From Phaeosaccion multiseriatum (Eukaryota; Protista; Ochrophyta, other classes): 64,000 nt of DNA. The translations under genes were made by a program, and so were the position numbers. Position 1 is the stretch's first letter. The number at the start of each line of letters is the position of its first letter. The stretch is taken from assembly GCA_965112735.1 (NCBI GenBank), contig OZ218957.1:2108001-2172000 (forward strand). Direction: 5' to 3'. The notes under the pieces are model-generated. The model was not told where the DNA came from, did no database searches, and saw nothing but the letters and a program-made list of their open reading frames with translations. Below are positions 12,901 to 28,700 of the stretch, piece by piece.

Positions 12901-14574
12901 GGAGGAGGAGGAGGAGGAGGAGGAGGAGGAGGAGGAGGAGGAGGAGGAGGAGGAGGAGGAGGAGGAGGAGGAGGAGGAGGAGGAGGAGGAGGAGGAGGAG
13001 GAGGAGGAGGAGGAGGAGGAGGAGGAGGAGGAGGAGGAGGAGGAGGAGGAGGAGTAGGAGGAGGAGGAGGAGGAGGAGGAGGAGGAGGAGGAGGAGGAGG
13101 AGGAGGAGGAGAGGGAGGAGAAGGACGAGGAGGGAAGAGGCAACCGCCAGTGGTGCAGCATCGAGTGGAGACCCAAGACTCTCAGGGCAGATGGGGTTTA
13201 CTCTACGAAGGGACCAAAGACGAAGTGTCCATCCAGGGCATCACGCGGAACACCGTGTGTCGATTCCGTGTGTCCAGCACGGTGCACATGGAGGGCCTGA
13301 GGCGCGTCGCCATTCGGGGCGTGAAGCACCAACGGGTGCCCTCCTCTGTGGGGGAGGTGTGTCTCTCCGGCAGCAGCGGTGGCGGCGGTATGGGTGGTAG
13401 TGGCAGCGGTGCCAATGGTGGCAGCAGTATGAGCGCAACCATGGCAGGGCATACTACTACCACTCCATTATCTTCTTCTTCACTGACGCTGACCCTGGCA
13501 CAACGCAGACTGCGCCACCACCTTGTGGAGCACTTGCGTCTTCTCCGGCGGCGGGCGGGCTACACAGTGGTGGATGCAACCCCGACACAGACGGGCAGAG
13601 AGAGCACTCAGCTTCGAGACCCTGCGACAGGAGGGGTTGTTGAATTTGTAACGGGTACTTCGGCCCCCCTTGAGCTGCTGGGCACGCCCCCGGTGGCCAA
13701 GGTTGCTTCCTATGTGAGTTTGCAGGGCCTCTGTAGTAAGGTCTGGTGGGATGCGCCGGCCTATCACTGCTGCCCCCAGAACAAACAGGTTGGAGGGGGT
13801 GGAGGAGGAGGAGGAGGGGAAGGAGGAGGAGGAGGAGGAGGAGGAGGAGGAGGAGGAGGAGGAGGTGGAGGAGGAGGAGGAGGAGGAGGAGGAGGAGGAG
13901 TAGGAGGAGGAGGAGAAGGAGAAGGAGAAGGAGAAGGAGGAGGTGGAGGGGGAGGAGGAGGAAGCTTTGTGACGAATGGGCGTACGATCGAAGCGCAACA
14001 TCAAAACTCCTGCCTTTCCAATAGGTCAGCAAAGACGCTTCGCTCAGCGCACTCGAAGGCCCTCAGCACCACAAGGGGGGGGAACAGCAGCAGTAATAGC
14101 AGGGCGGGATCGGCGATAGGGTCAGCAGTTGGTGGTACAGCAGGCGGGGGAAGGCTCACAGATGGCAGCTTCATGACCACCAAGACCGACACGACTGCGA
14201 CAGGAGGGGGAGGAGGACAGGGAGGAGGAGCAGCAGGAGGAGACAATACGACGGGAGGGGGTGTGGGGGGGTGTACGGGTGCGACTGCGAGTGCGAGTGG
14301 GGCGAGTGTGAGTGGTGTGGGCCTCCCCTGCTACCTACTGGAAGTATTCGACCCCCGCGTCGACAATTGGGAGGCGGTGCACTTCGGTCGTCGGCCCTGG
14401 TGCGACCTCCGCTTGGCCAAGGCCGAGGCCGGGTTCGAACCCTCGGCTGCGTACCTCTTGCAGCTCAGCACGCGTGCCCTTCAGGGGCAGAAGTCCAGCA
14501 GTTCTCTAAGCTGCCTCGTTACCGCTCCCATGGCGCCGATTCTGCAGGTGTGTGCGTGTCTGTGTGTATGTGTC

Positions 14575-14606
<32 letters not shown>

Positions 14607-15928
14607 CATGCGTGAGCGTATGTGCGTGTGTGCGTGCGTGTGTGTGCGTGCGTGTGTGTGCGTGCGTGCATGCGTGTGTGCGTGCGTGTATGTATACTTA
14701 TGATCATTTCATCATAACTATCTCCCCTCCCCCTCCCCCTCCCCTCCCCTCCCCTCCTCTCCCCCCCCAGGTGAAGGAACGCCCCGGGGGTGGACGTGTA
14801 ATCCTCAACGTCTCCTGGAGCTCTCGCATCAGCCCCCATCACCTTCCCTTCTGGTACCCCTTACCTAATGTTACGTGCGTGGTGGAAATGGCACGCTGCA
14901 AGGACATTGACGCAAGAGAGCCCGGAGCGAGAAGCCTCTCAACCTCCACGTGGACAGGTCGCAGCAGCAGCACAAGAGAGAGTGACATCTTCCTCCCCAT
15001 CTGGAAGGGCGTGGCAGGGGAGGCGAGTTGTGTAACGCCCACGCTCAACCCCGGGGCAATTTACGGTTTCCGCATCCGCGTGGAGAGCTCTGCGGGAGTC
15101 GCGCTGTCGAGAATAGCCACGTATCAGGTAAGATGAGGTGTTGGGAGAGGGGGAGGGACAGGGGGGGGGGGCGGGGAGGGAAGGGAGGAGGCAGGGGGAG
15201 GGGAGGGGAGGGAGGGACGGACGGAGAGAAGTACCCGACGCTTGGAAGAGGAGGGGCTCTGCTCTAGCTCGTCCTACGCAATAGTGCATATAGTTCGCAG
15301 ATGGCGGGCACCCTCTTATCATGCTCACACCATCCAACTTCACATATGCTAAAAGACCGAAACTATGAGGTCAAAGAAGGCTCTCCTCTCTCTCCGAACC
15401 TTCCCTGACCCGGCCTCCCTCCCTGCTATGCCTGTATACCTCTACATCGGCTCCCTCCCTCCCTCCCTCCCTCCCTCCCTCCCTCCCTCCCTCCCTCCCT
15501 CCCTCCCTCCCTCCCTCCCTCCCTCCCTCCCTCCCTCCCTCCCTCCCTCCCTCCCTCCCTCCCTCCCTCCCTCCCTCCCTCCCTCCCTCCCTCCCTCCCT
15601 CCCTCCCTCCCTCCCTCCCTCCCTCCCTCCCTCCCTCCCTCCCTCCCTCCCTCCCTCCCTCCCTCCCTCCCTCCCTCCCTCCCTCCCTCCCTCCCTGCCT
15701 CCCTCCCTCCCTCCCTTGTACTCTCTCTCTCACACACAAACGCATCCCCACATACACACACGCACGCACACACACGCGTGCACTCACATGCACACCCACC
15801 CACCCAACCACACACACACGCACGCACGCACACACGCACGCACACACACACACACACACACACATACACGCACATACACACACACGCGCACGCGCACACT
15901 GCACATACACGCACACGCGCGCACGCAC

Positions 15929-15967
<39 letters not shown>

Positions 15968-18796
15968 TACACACACACATGCCCATGCGCACGCACTCGC
16001 GCACTACAGCCCATCCTTGTAGCGCCACCCATGACTTTAGGCCTAACGGCAAGCATTGCCAAGTTCACCTCTGCGAGAGGCAAGACTTCACACTGTCTGC
16101 GTGTGTCGTGGGCTCCTCCTGTCGACCGTTACATAATCGGAAGCCTCATTGAGCGTTACGATGTGCAAGTCAGAAGACCGGTGTCGGTGTCAGGACGGTC
16201 GGTGTCTCGCAGCAGCCGGGCGGGTAGTAGCAAGGGCAGTAGCAAGGAGTACCAGAGAGCGGCGAAGCAGCGGCGGCGGCAGACTCAAAGACTGAGGGAC
16301 CTGCAGGGAGGAAGCAATAATGAAGAAGACGATGATGATGATGAAACCGCGGAAGATGACGACGAGGAGGCGGAGGATGGGATAACGGAAGCGGGGGAAG
16401 ACGACGACGAGGAGGTGGAGGAGGAGGAGGAGGAGAACGAGGAGGAGGAGGAGGAGGAACCGGACCTAGAGAGTGCCAGTAGCGGCCGCTGGAGCTCATG
16501 GAGTATGCTCAACACCCGTCTAGGGGCCTTTTCTGTCGATGATCCGAACACCCTCGGGGAGTTCGACGGGCGTCTCCAGTATCGTGTGCGAGGGCGAGGA
16601 AAGGGCGGCACTGGGCCTTGGAGTAAGATGCTGACGGTCGACTTGGGCTCCTTTCTACCGCCGGCGGTGCGGAGTGCTCAAGCCGAGGGTGGCAACGCAT
16701 GGAGACTGCGGCAGTTTGAGCAGACTCGGCAGTTTCAGGAGGAGCAGCGGGAGAGGAGACTCGCCCTGGCAGACAGGAAGAAGAGGGGTAGGGGCAGCGG
16801 CTCCCTCGCCCTGACTCAGCCTCGCAGTGCCACGGGAAGAGGAGGTGGTGGAGGTGGGGGCGGATTGAGCAGCGAGGGGCTGGCTGCGGCGTACGGGGCA
16901 ACGGCACCACCTTCACAGATGGCGGCCGGGCAAAGGTCCTTCGCGTGTTCGGCATCCTTGTCGTCGTCTCTGTCAGCCGCTTCGCCGCAGCCGCACCACA
17001 CCATTTCTTTTGTCGACGATGCACCCGGTGCACACGGCACCTCTTCTTCTTGTTGTTCTTCTCGCCACCGCCCCACGCGGCCGAAGGAATCTCTTTTTAC
17101 GCGCGGGTCGGCGCACTTCCTCCAGTCGGACAAGAGGGGCGGAGGAGGGAGCGGGGGAATCTTGATGCCGTCGGCCTCCTTCCGGTCCTTGGCGTCAGGA
17201 CAAGGTCAAGACGGCATGGGGGAGAGGCAGGAGACGTTGCTGGACCTTGAGGATTTGGAGGCTACCTTCGTCGGGGAGGAGGGGGGGGGAGGGCGGGGTG
17301 GCAGCAAGACCAGCAGGGGAGGAGGGAGGGGGCGAGGGCGACCAGGAAGCAACAGTAACAGCAACAGCAAGAAGAAGAAGAAGAAGAAGGGGATCCACGA
17401 CGGAATGTTCAGCGACAGCGACAGCAGCGGGGAGGAGGAGGGCGAGGACGAAGACAACGACGAGAAGGACGACGACGAGGACGACGAGGAGGAGGATGAG
17501 GTATTCGATGAAGCGGACGTGCAGGAGGCAGCAGCAGCGGGCTTCAACCTCGTCCCTCCTGACATGCTCGCTCATGTACTGCGTGAGTTTGCATTCCCTG
17601 TGAACAGAGCCCTTGTCGCCTCCATTCTGCGCAAGGCGGATATGAAAGAGGTGCAGGGGTCGCGAAGAGGGTTGCGGCAGGAGCTCAGGGCAGAGGGCAT
17701 CGAGGTGGTCACGTGAGTGTAGAGCTCGATTGGGTCTGAGTGATGTGGGACTGGAGGCTCGAGCTCGACGGAAGGATCCCTCTGGTTTCTGTCGTTGTCG
17801 CTCTCTTACTCTCTCGCTCTGTAGCTCTCTCTCTCGTGTGCTCGCTCGCTCGCTCTTTCACACATATACACACACACACACTCTCTCTCTCTTTCTCTCT
17901 TTCTCTCACTCTCTTTCCATTGCATTTGCTCTCCTTATTCCCTCCTATCTACTTGCTTGCCTCGCAGATGGAAGAGTTACCTCAGAGAGGCCGCCAGGCG
18001 GCGTGCTGAGGAGGCTGCAGCAATGTGCGAGTCAGTCATTTCTCTTCAATCAATGGGACCAGACAAAAGGTTCGCGATGGGGTCCACCACCACCACTGCT
18101 GCCTCAATTGACGAGGGCAGTGGCAGAAGAGACCGACACAGAAGGAGAGGCTCGGCTCCCACCATCGATCTTGGGGGCGAGCAAGACGAGGATGAGAAGA
18201 AGGGCCTGACGAAGCGAGCACAGACCTTCCAATTGGGGGCGGGGAGGAGGAGCGGCAGCGGCAGCGGAGGTGGTCACGGGAATTATAGGCAACAGCGCAA
18301 GGCAAGTCCACCCTCACTCGCCTCTACGTGGGCTCCGGCTCCGACGACGACCTCCTCTGGGCTTCCGAGTCGAGGTGAAGCTTATCCTCTGGGAAGCCCC
18401 TCCTCCCCCTCCTCTCCTCCTCTTCTCCGAGGGGGTACGCGGGCCGAGGCCTTTGCGCGGGCCATGGACGATGGGCAGAGGCAAGACGGAGCCGAGCAGA
18501 AGCAGCAGAAGCAGAAGCAGCAGATGGCACATCGTAGTGGTGTAGCTGCGGTTCGGCGCCCATCAACGACGCCTGCTGGAGGAGGAGGAGGAGGAGGAGG
18601 AGGAGGAGGAGCGCGAGGAGTTGGTGCTCCGGCCACAACAGCTGCAATGACGACGAAGACCACCACCCTCGATTTGAAAAGGGCGTACTGCTCCTCTCCC
18701 ATAAAGGTTGTTCGAGCGGGGCTGTACTCACCCACTAAGCGTTCGGGGGGGGGTGGGCACTCGGCGGAGGAGGCGAGGGTGGGAGCAGGGGGGTGA
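10000..18796 (+). CDS. Very large multi-fibronectin type III (FN3) domain protein with long poly-Gly and acidic insertions
   Basis: Repeated FN3 signatures: [82 protein letters not shown] and [31 protein letters not shown]. Introns 14548-14770, 15128-16009 and 17712-17967 keep frame. The 5' exon structure is uncertain. Confidence 0.72.
12210..13960 (+). repeat. Exonic (GGA)n tracts encoding poly-glycine (four main blocks, longest about 12901-13110)
   Basis: Direct observation; all read GGA=Gly in the 10453-14703 frame. Confidence 0.9.
15451..15715. repeat. (CCCT)n tract followed by (CA)n, in the 3' part of an FN3-gene intron
   Basis: About 65 tetranucleotide units, directly visible. Confidence 0.95.
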
Positions 18797-19314
18797 GGCG
18801 TGAGGGAGGGAAGGGAGGAGTGGGGAGAGTGTACATGCATATGAGGTAGTTGGGGAGTTGGGGGGGGGGGGGAGGGGGTAGAAGAAGGAAGGAAGAATGA
18901 AAGACGTTGTGGAGTGGGAGTAATGGAGCGTATGTTTCCGGCAAAGAGTATATATATATTTAGAGCATCTGGGGTCGTACGGGCATACGTCTATGCACTA
19001 CGCGATGTATGTCTGAGCAAGTGGTGGCGGGAGAGCCGTGGCGAAGAAACGTTTTTTGTTTGTTTTTTTCCATCACCTTTCTCGTTTATCGCGTCCATGG
19101 TGTCTACGCATGGGAGTTATTCATCTGTTTATATACTGTATTGATGCTTTTTTTTATATGTTTGTTGTTGTTTTTGCGGTTCCTGTTGATGTTGCTGGTT
19201 GGTGTTGTGACCATTGTAGCTGCCCACTTCTCCTCAAGTTCCGGTCAGCGATCCGCCGCTGCTCTCCTTCTCCTCCTCCTCCTTCTCCTCCTTCTCCTCC
19301 TCCTCCGCTTCCCC

Positions 19315-20283
19315 CTACGCCCCAATCTCCGTTTCGCGTCGCCGTCTCTGCCGTACGTGCCAGCGCTGTTGACGCCGTCGATGCCTCTCGTGGTGTGGCG
19401 GAACCAGATGTGGGCCGAGAGTCACGGGACCCGCACACGACACGGTGCCCATGGAGGTGGAGGTGGAGGTGGAGGAGGAGGAGGAGGAGGAGGAGCAGAG
19501 AGAGGTTGTGGAGGAGGAAGTGGTGGTGGAAGATGCGCCTGAGGCCGCTGAAGACGGTGGCCGCCGCTTCGATACCAACGAAGGCCATGCCCTTGAACTC
19601 TCCTCCTTCGCCTCCCCGTACAGCCCTACTGGGCCGCGAGGGCGCTGTTTCCACCTCCCCCGTTGCTGAGCGTAGAGCTTCTGCCGTTGCTCCACCTGGC
19701 GAGGGAGGAAGCTCTGTAGGATACGGGCAAGCCGATCGCTGTGGGGCACGCCTGCCCCGCACCCCGCCGCTAACTCGGACTGCCCCTGCCCGGTCTCCTC
19801 CTCGTCCTCCTCCTCCTGTTCCTGCTGCTGCTTCTGCTTCCCTCCCTCGTCTCCCTCCAGTACGCGCTCGAGTAGCGTCGCGCACAGATGCAGTGTGTAC
19901 TCCCTCTCTGTCAGCCCCGCGGCCAGCTCGAAGGCGGTGAAGGAAGTGGTCATGAGGCGGACATCCTCACGCCTGCTGGCCGTCAAGACCCCGACGCAGC
20001 CTGGATTTAGGAGCGTGTTCATGTGTCCTGAGGTCATGGCTCCTGTGGCTGCCGCTGCCACCCCGTCCCCCGTGGAGTGTGGAGTACTCAAGGGGGAGGG
20101 AGGGGAAGTAGTACCAGTAACAGCAGAAGGACAACGAGCCGCTGCGGTAGAGAGGTGGATGCTTCCCCCCCCTCGATACGATGATGTGGTCCCCCTCGCT
20201 GCTGCCGCTGCTGCTGCTGCATCTCCTACCCGTTCCAGCCCCCGCTGAAGCGAAGTGGCTAGTCTTACGCCCCCCCCTCTCAT
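19315..20283 (-). CDS. Hypothetical single-exon protein
   Basis: Open frame with a protein-like helical core (DVRLMTTSFTAFELAAGLTEREYTLHLCATLLERVLE...DRLARILQSFLPRQVEQRQKLY). N-terminus MRGGGVRLATSLQRGL could be a mitochondrial presequence. No family recognised. Confidence 0.4.
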   Translation of the reverse strand: MRGGGVRLATSLQRGLERVGDAAAAAAAARGTTSSYRGGGSIHLSTAAARCPSAVTGTTSPPSPLSTPHSTGDGVAAAATGAMTSGHMNTLLNPGCVGVLTASRREDVRLMTTSFTAFELAAGLTEREYTLHLCATLLERVLEGDEGGKQKQQQEQEEEDEEETGQGQSELAAGCGAGVPHSDRLARILQSFLPRQVEQRQKLYAQQRGRWKQRPRGPVGLYGEAKEESSRAWPSLVSKRRPPSSAASGASSTTTSSSTTSLCSSSSSSSSTSTSTSMGTVSCAGPVTLGPHLVPPHHERHRRRQQRWHVRQRRRRETEIGA

Positions 20284-20539
20284 CTCTCTTGGGCGCACGG
20301 CCAGTTTTAGAAGGAGAGGGGGCTCTTTTGCCTTCTTTGGTGAGACGTCGCACAGATACTGTACAACGGAAGAATGAAAACCCAATGGATAGAGTGGCTG
20401 ATCCCCCCCAAAGGGCCGGGAGTCCGGTTTGAGAAAGTTGAAGTAGCAGGTATGTCAACGAAATGAATCGTTGACATATGATACAGTTTCGTTCCTCCCT
20501 CCTCCTTTGGCTTGTCGCATAGCCCTGAAGAGAAGGAGG

Positions 20540-23089
<2,550 letters not shown>

Positions 23090-23951
23090 AGGAGGAGAGG
23101 GAGGGAGGGAGGGAGGGAGGGAGGGAGGGAGGGGCGGCGAGAGAGAAGGGAGAAAGGCGGGAGGGAGGGGCGGGGAGAGGGAGGAGAGGAGAAGGACTAA
23201 TCTGTGTCGCGAGTCGCGAGAGGTTTGCTCACGATGAGGGAGAGAGGAAGGGAGGAGAACATCATGGCGAGAGGTCCTGTTGTCCCAACTATGCCCAACT
23301 ATGCCCATTCAGTGAGGGAGGAGGGGGATGAGAGCGATTCAAGCGACAAGTGGAATGGTGGAGAGAGAGAGATAGAGTAAGGATGTGAGTTACTTCGCTG
23401 AGGGGCGAAAGCGTTGCAACGAAGCCAACCAAAAAGTCAAGCTACGAAGAACAGAACAACAGGGTCGGGAGAGAGGGGTCTTGTCCTGCATCTCGCGAGG
23501 ACATGGGAAAGAGGAACTATTACTATTAGGTACGGCGTATGGCAGAATAGAGAAATATAGGTAACGTTACCCTAAGAGAAGAAGATGGGAGGTTTCCTAT
23601 CTTGTGTTTCAATACAGTTTCTGCTTGTTGCAAGACGTCTCCAAGGACTCTCCAAGTACACTTGAGATAAAAGATAGAGCCCCCGAGCTCCATGCGGTAA
23701 GGAAGTAACGCAGCAGCAGCAAACGCCCACCCTTTGGAAACTGCTCCACCTCTCCACCCCTCCACCCCTCCACACCCTGTCACACCCCCTGTCACACCCC
23801 AGCCACACCGTCCCTCTCTCCCAACGAGCTCATAGTGCAGCGGACATAGAGGGGAAGCGAGCACTCCCTCCCAGCACACCACCACCACCAGCAGCACCAG
23901 CAGCAGCAGCAGCAATTGGTGATACAGCAGCAGCACCGCTCAGATAGACCC

Positions 23952-25662
23952 TCAGTAGCGCCGGCGCCCGCCCGCGGCGCCCGGCCCTGCCCTATGCAAC
24001 GTTCCCTCTCCTCCCCTCGCCCCTGACCCATGCAATGCCCCTGCCCCTGCCCTATGCAATGTTCCTTCTCCTCCCCTCGCCCCTGTCCCATGCAATGCCC
24101 CTGCCCCTGCCCTATGCAATGTTCCTTCTCCTCCCCTCGCCCCTGTCCCATGCAATGCCCCTGCCCCTGCCCTATGCAATGTTCCTTCTCCTCCCCTCGC
24201 CCCTGTCCCATGCAATGCCCCTGCCCCTGCCCTATGCAATGCCACCCTCTCCCTCTCCGCCGCGAGCAGCCGCAGTGAGCCTTCCTCCCCCCCCTCCTCC
24301 TCCTCGTCGTCGTTCTCCCCTTCCCCCTCCTCCTGCTGATGATGCTGCTGCTGCTTCACCCTCTCTGCCTCCTCCTCTGCCGCCCGCCTTGCCTCCGCGT
24401 AGAAGCAATTAAAGTCGAGGCGGAAGGTTAGGAAGCGCAGTATCTCGCTGTCGCAGCTTTGGCGCTCCAGACAGGCCAGCAGCAGCCCGAAGGCGTGTTG
24501 GTACTCCGCCACGGTGCGGTCAATCTTGACGACGACGTCTTGGTCGAAGCCCCGGAAGGCGTCCCGCTGCTCCTGCAGCCGCTCCTCCACTATTGTGTTG
24601 CGTTGTCGTGTTATGAAACAAGGAAGTTAGAAAGAACATGTGTGTGTGTGTGTGATTTGTGTGTGTTTGCGTGTGTGATTTGTGTGCGTGTGTGTGAGTG
24701 TGTGTGCGCGCGTGGCTGTACGTCTGTCTGTCGTCGGCGTACCTTCCTCTGTGACGCCCCACTGCCCAGCCTTGGTGCGCCGCTCGATGGCAGCCTTGGT
24801 GTTCACTTGGTGCGTCAACTGCCATCCATCCATACCATTCATCAATCACATTGAGAGGGGGAGAGAGGGGGAGGAAGGGAGAGAGAGAGAGAGAGAGAAA
24901 GAGAACGAGACAAAGAGAGAGGCAGAGAGAGAGAAGAGAGGGAGAGAGAGAGTGGCAGAGACAGACAGAGAGAGGAAAGGGTTGAAATACGCTTCGGTAC
25001 TAACACCCACCCAACCCCAAGACGCCCAACAATGCCCAACATGGGATGCCCAGCAAAGCCCACCACACCAACAAGACCCAAGCAGGACGCCCAACCAGGA
25101 TGCCTGAAAAAGCCTAATCAGGATGTGCGCGTTGATCGCTTCATCATCTCGGTAGTTTGTTTCGCCCAACCAGGATGCCAAACCAGCATGCCCAAGTTAC
25201 CCAACCTAACCCACCTGTGCCGCTGCCTTGACGAGAAGGCTCTCCTGAATGTTTGTGAACTGCACGATGAGATCGAGCACGTCGGCAAGGAGCTGCACTA
25301 GCACGGAGTCCGCCACAAGGGCCTTGAGGGAGATGGAGGAGAGGTAGGCGTCGTGTGCTCGGATCACGGCATCCAAGTCCTATGGGTGAGGGGGGAGTGG
25401 GGAAGGGGGAGGGAAGGGAAGGGGAGGGGAGGGAGGAAGGGAGAGAAAGAGAGAGGGAGAAGAGAGAGAAAGGAGAGGAGAGAGAGAGAAAGGAGATGAG
25501 AGAGAGTGTGTGTGAGTGTGTGTCCGAGTATGCGTAGAGGTCAGTACTGGAGTGGCAGGGGTGGGACAGAAGTAAAAGGAGAAGGACAAGAAATCGACAC
25601 CCGATACCTCGACACACCTCAATATTCGGTCATCGATACTCCATAGATAAGGCACAGACGAG

Positions 25663-25718
<56 letters not shown>

Positions 25719-28700
25719 ACACGAACACACCGCGGCCCGTCACCCAGCCAACTGACTTACTAGCCACCCCACCCCCTGACTTACTAGCCACCCCACCCCC
25801 TGACATACTAACCTTGGCGGCGTCGAGTTCCTCCTCCAGCTCCTTCCAGCTCGTCTCCAACACCTCAAACATCATGTAATTCGACAAATTGGCGGCAAAA
25901 AACACCATCTGCCCCCTCGCCAAACTACAGCGATGAAGTACAGGAGACAAGTGAGGCAGGTTGTGCTCGAGCCCCCTGCGCAAGACGCCAATGTGGTGGG
26001 ACCAGGCCTTGTTGAGTGACCACTCCACGCGTTTAATCTTCCAAAGCAAGTGGAACATGGCGCGGTATTTGTTCATCGCGGTGGCGTGAATGACGGTGGA
26101 GAGGGGAGCGCGTACGTCATAGTTCATTGAAAAGACTTGCCAGCCGCTGTCTCCCGGCCCGCCTGAGTGTAAGGGGGGAATGGGTGGAGGTGGAGGGGCG
26201 AGGGGGGGCGTGGGGGGGGAGGTGGCAGGTCAGGGTCAAGGTCCCGATCAGGGTCATGGTCCCGGCCAGGGTCAGGGTCAGGGTCCGGGTCAGGGTCCGG
26301 GTCAGGGTCAGGGTCAGGGTCAGAGTCAGGGTCAGTGTCCAGGGTCAGGGTCAGGGTCAGAGTCAGGGTCAGGGTCAGTGTCCAGGGTCAGGGTCAGGGT
26401 CAGGGTCAGGGTCAAAGTCAGGGTCAGTGTCCAGGGTCAGGGTCAGGGTCAGTATCAGTGTCCAGGGTCAGGGTCAGGGTCAGGGTCAGAGTCAGGGTCA
26501 GTGTCCAGGGTCAGGGTCAGGATCGGGGTGTCAGGCAAAGAGGCACTATTGGTGGTGTGAGGGCCGAAGAGAAACGGCAAAACGGCACGGCACGGTACAG
26601 CAGCACAACAGTACAGTAAAGCAGCGCACCGCAGGCCTAGTAGGCAAACAACAAGCTAGCCACAACCAAGTAAGTTGAATTGGGTTGAGTGGAGAGTGAA
26701 GTTGGCTTGACTTACCAACACCATCACCACCACCAACACCAACAACACCCTCGGTACCCACGCAAAGAAGCGCCACAAAACTCACTCACCCGCAAGGAAG
26801 CGCACACCGATCCTGCTCAGCGCGTCACCAACCTCGCCCCCACCCCCTCCCCCTCCCCCTCCCCCACTCCCACCCCCTCCACCCCCCCCCCCTCCGGCCG
26901 AGAAGTTGGAGGCCCTCAGCGCGCTCTGAAGTACCCCATTGAGCAAGTGCTGGTGCACCTCCGAGTGGCGCTTGTTGAGGTGCGAGCCCAATTGGTCCAT
27001 GAGGTGGGTCACAAAGTCTCCCTGACGATGATGGTGGTGATATGGTGATGATGGTGATGATGGTGATGATGATGGTGATGATGATTGATAGCCACACACA
27101 CACACACGCACATACGCACACACAGGTAAGGGGTAGAGGTATACGCCTTTGGCACATGCATTTGGCACAAAGGAGGCATGTGGGTACATTGGCATGGGCA
27201 CATAGGAGGCACACACGTATAGAGACAGGCATATGATAATGCAAGCAGGCACGCACCCACTCCCTCCCCTCCTCTCCCTCCCCTCCCCTCACCTGCCCCA
27301 GCAGCATGAATCGCTTGAGGGCCTGCAGATGCGTGCGAAGCTTGTACTGCTTCATCATAACTTCGAGGAGCTTTGCGTTTGTCACTTCAGCGCAGTGCTG
27401 CACAACGGACTTGAGCTCGGCCACAGCGGCTGTGCCGTACTGCAGACGGGCGGTCTGAGGGAGGGGAGGGAGGGGAGGGAGGAGAGGGGGGAAAGGGGCA
27501 GAGAGGCAGAGGGGCAGAGAGCATGGGGGCAAGGGCGATTACGTGTGTCTACGTGTGTGCGTCTATGACTAGCGAAAGACGCGGGAGGGAGGGAACGGCA
27601 AGAGAGAGCGTAGCTCGACACCCACCCACCCATCCACCCTCTCTCTCACCCACACCCACCCACCCATCCACCCTCTCTTTCACCCACACCCACCCACCCA
27701 TCCACCCTCTCTCTCACCCACACCCACCCACCCATCCACCCTCTCTCTCACCCACACCCACCCACCTATCCACCCTCTCTCTCACCCACACCCACCCACC
27801 CATCCACCCTCTCTCACCCACACCCACCCACCCATCCACCCTCTCTCTCACCCACACCCACCCACCCATCCACCCACCCACCCCCCGCCTCACCCTCACC
27901 CACCCACCGACCCACCCACCAACCCACCCATTGACTTACCTCCGGCGACCCCTGCGCCACCTCTCCTCTGATCCACTCCTTGTTCCCCTCCGTGCACACC
28001 CGGATGAAATTGATGGACTTGCCAATAACAAGGATGGTGGTGGCAAGCTCCTTGCTGATGAACTTGGGGAGGACGTTCTCGTTGAGCCAGTACTTGTCTC
28101 TCCAAAGGGCGTCTTTGTCTTGGTCGCTGATGACGGCGTTGCTACTGCTACTGCTGCTGTTGCCACCTCCTGCCCCTCCTGAGTCGGTTTGATGTACGAA
28201 GAACTCTTTATTGGCGTCCAGCAGCTCTCCTTCGAAGATCCACCTGTGGAAAGGAAGGAGGAGGAGGAGGAGGAGGAGGAGGAGGAGGAAGGAATGTTCA
28301 CGGGCAGGTATATGGGCGGGCAAGCAGGACGGAGGGAGGGAGGGACGAAGGGCGGGAGGCAGATCGTCAGAACCTACTTTCCTCCCTCCGTCCCTCCCTC
28401 CCTCCCTCCCTCTCTCCCCTCCCTCTCCCTCTCCCCCTCCCTCCCCTCTCCTCCCAGTCCCCCTCACTCCTGCTCACCCCCCCTGCCCCTGCTCCTCACT
28501 CACCGCTTGACCATATCAAAGATGGGAGCGCACACCCTTCTCATGATCCCCTCCACAAAGGACCTCACGAAGGGGTCGCCGTGCTGCATGTGTGTGTGTA
28601 AGCAAGAGGCCATCGCCCCCCCCTGAAGACTCCCCGCGCTGTCTACGAGCGTCGCCATGAGTCGAAGTCTGGCCAGAGGGTCCAGTGTCCACACCGCAAG

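Noticed and set aside
14405-14455. GGGTTCGAACCC T-loop-like motif suggesting a tRNA
   Set aside because: No cloverleaf (no acceptor, D or anticodon arms); it lies in a coding exon.
15371-16052. Long ORFs of EGGR, CV, HT, poly-L or poly-S repeats here and throughout the ORF track
   Set aside because: Translations of intronic microsatellites or antisense frames of real genes.
24030-24278. Cys-rich metallothionein-like ORF (MQCPCPCP repeats)
   Set aside because: It is the antisense reading of the 60-bp minisatellite in GCP3.
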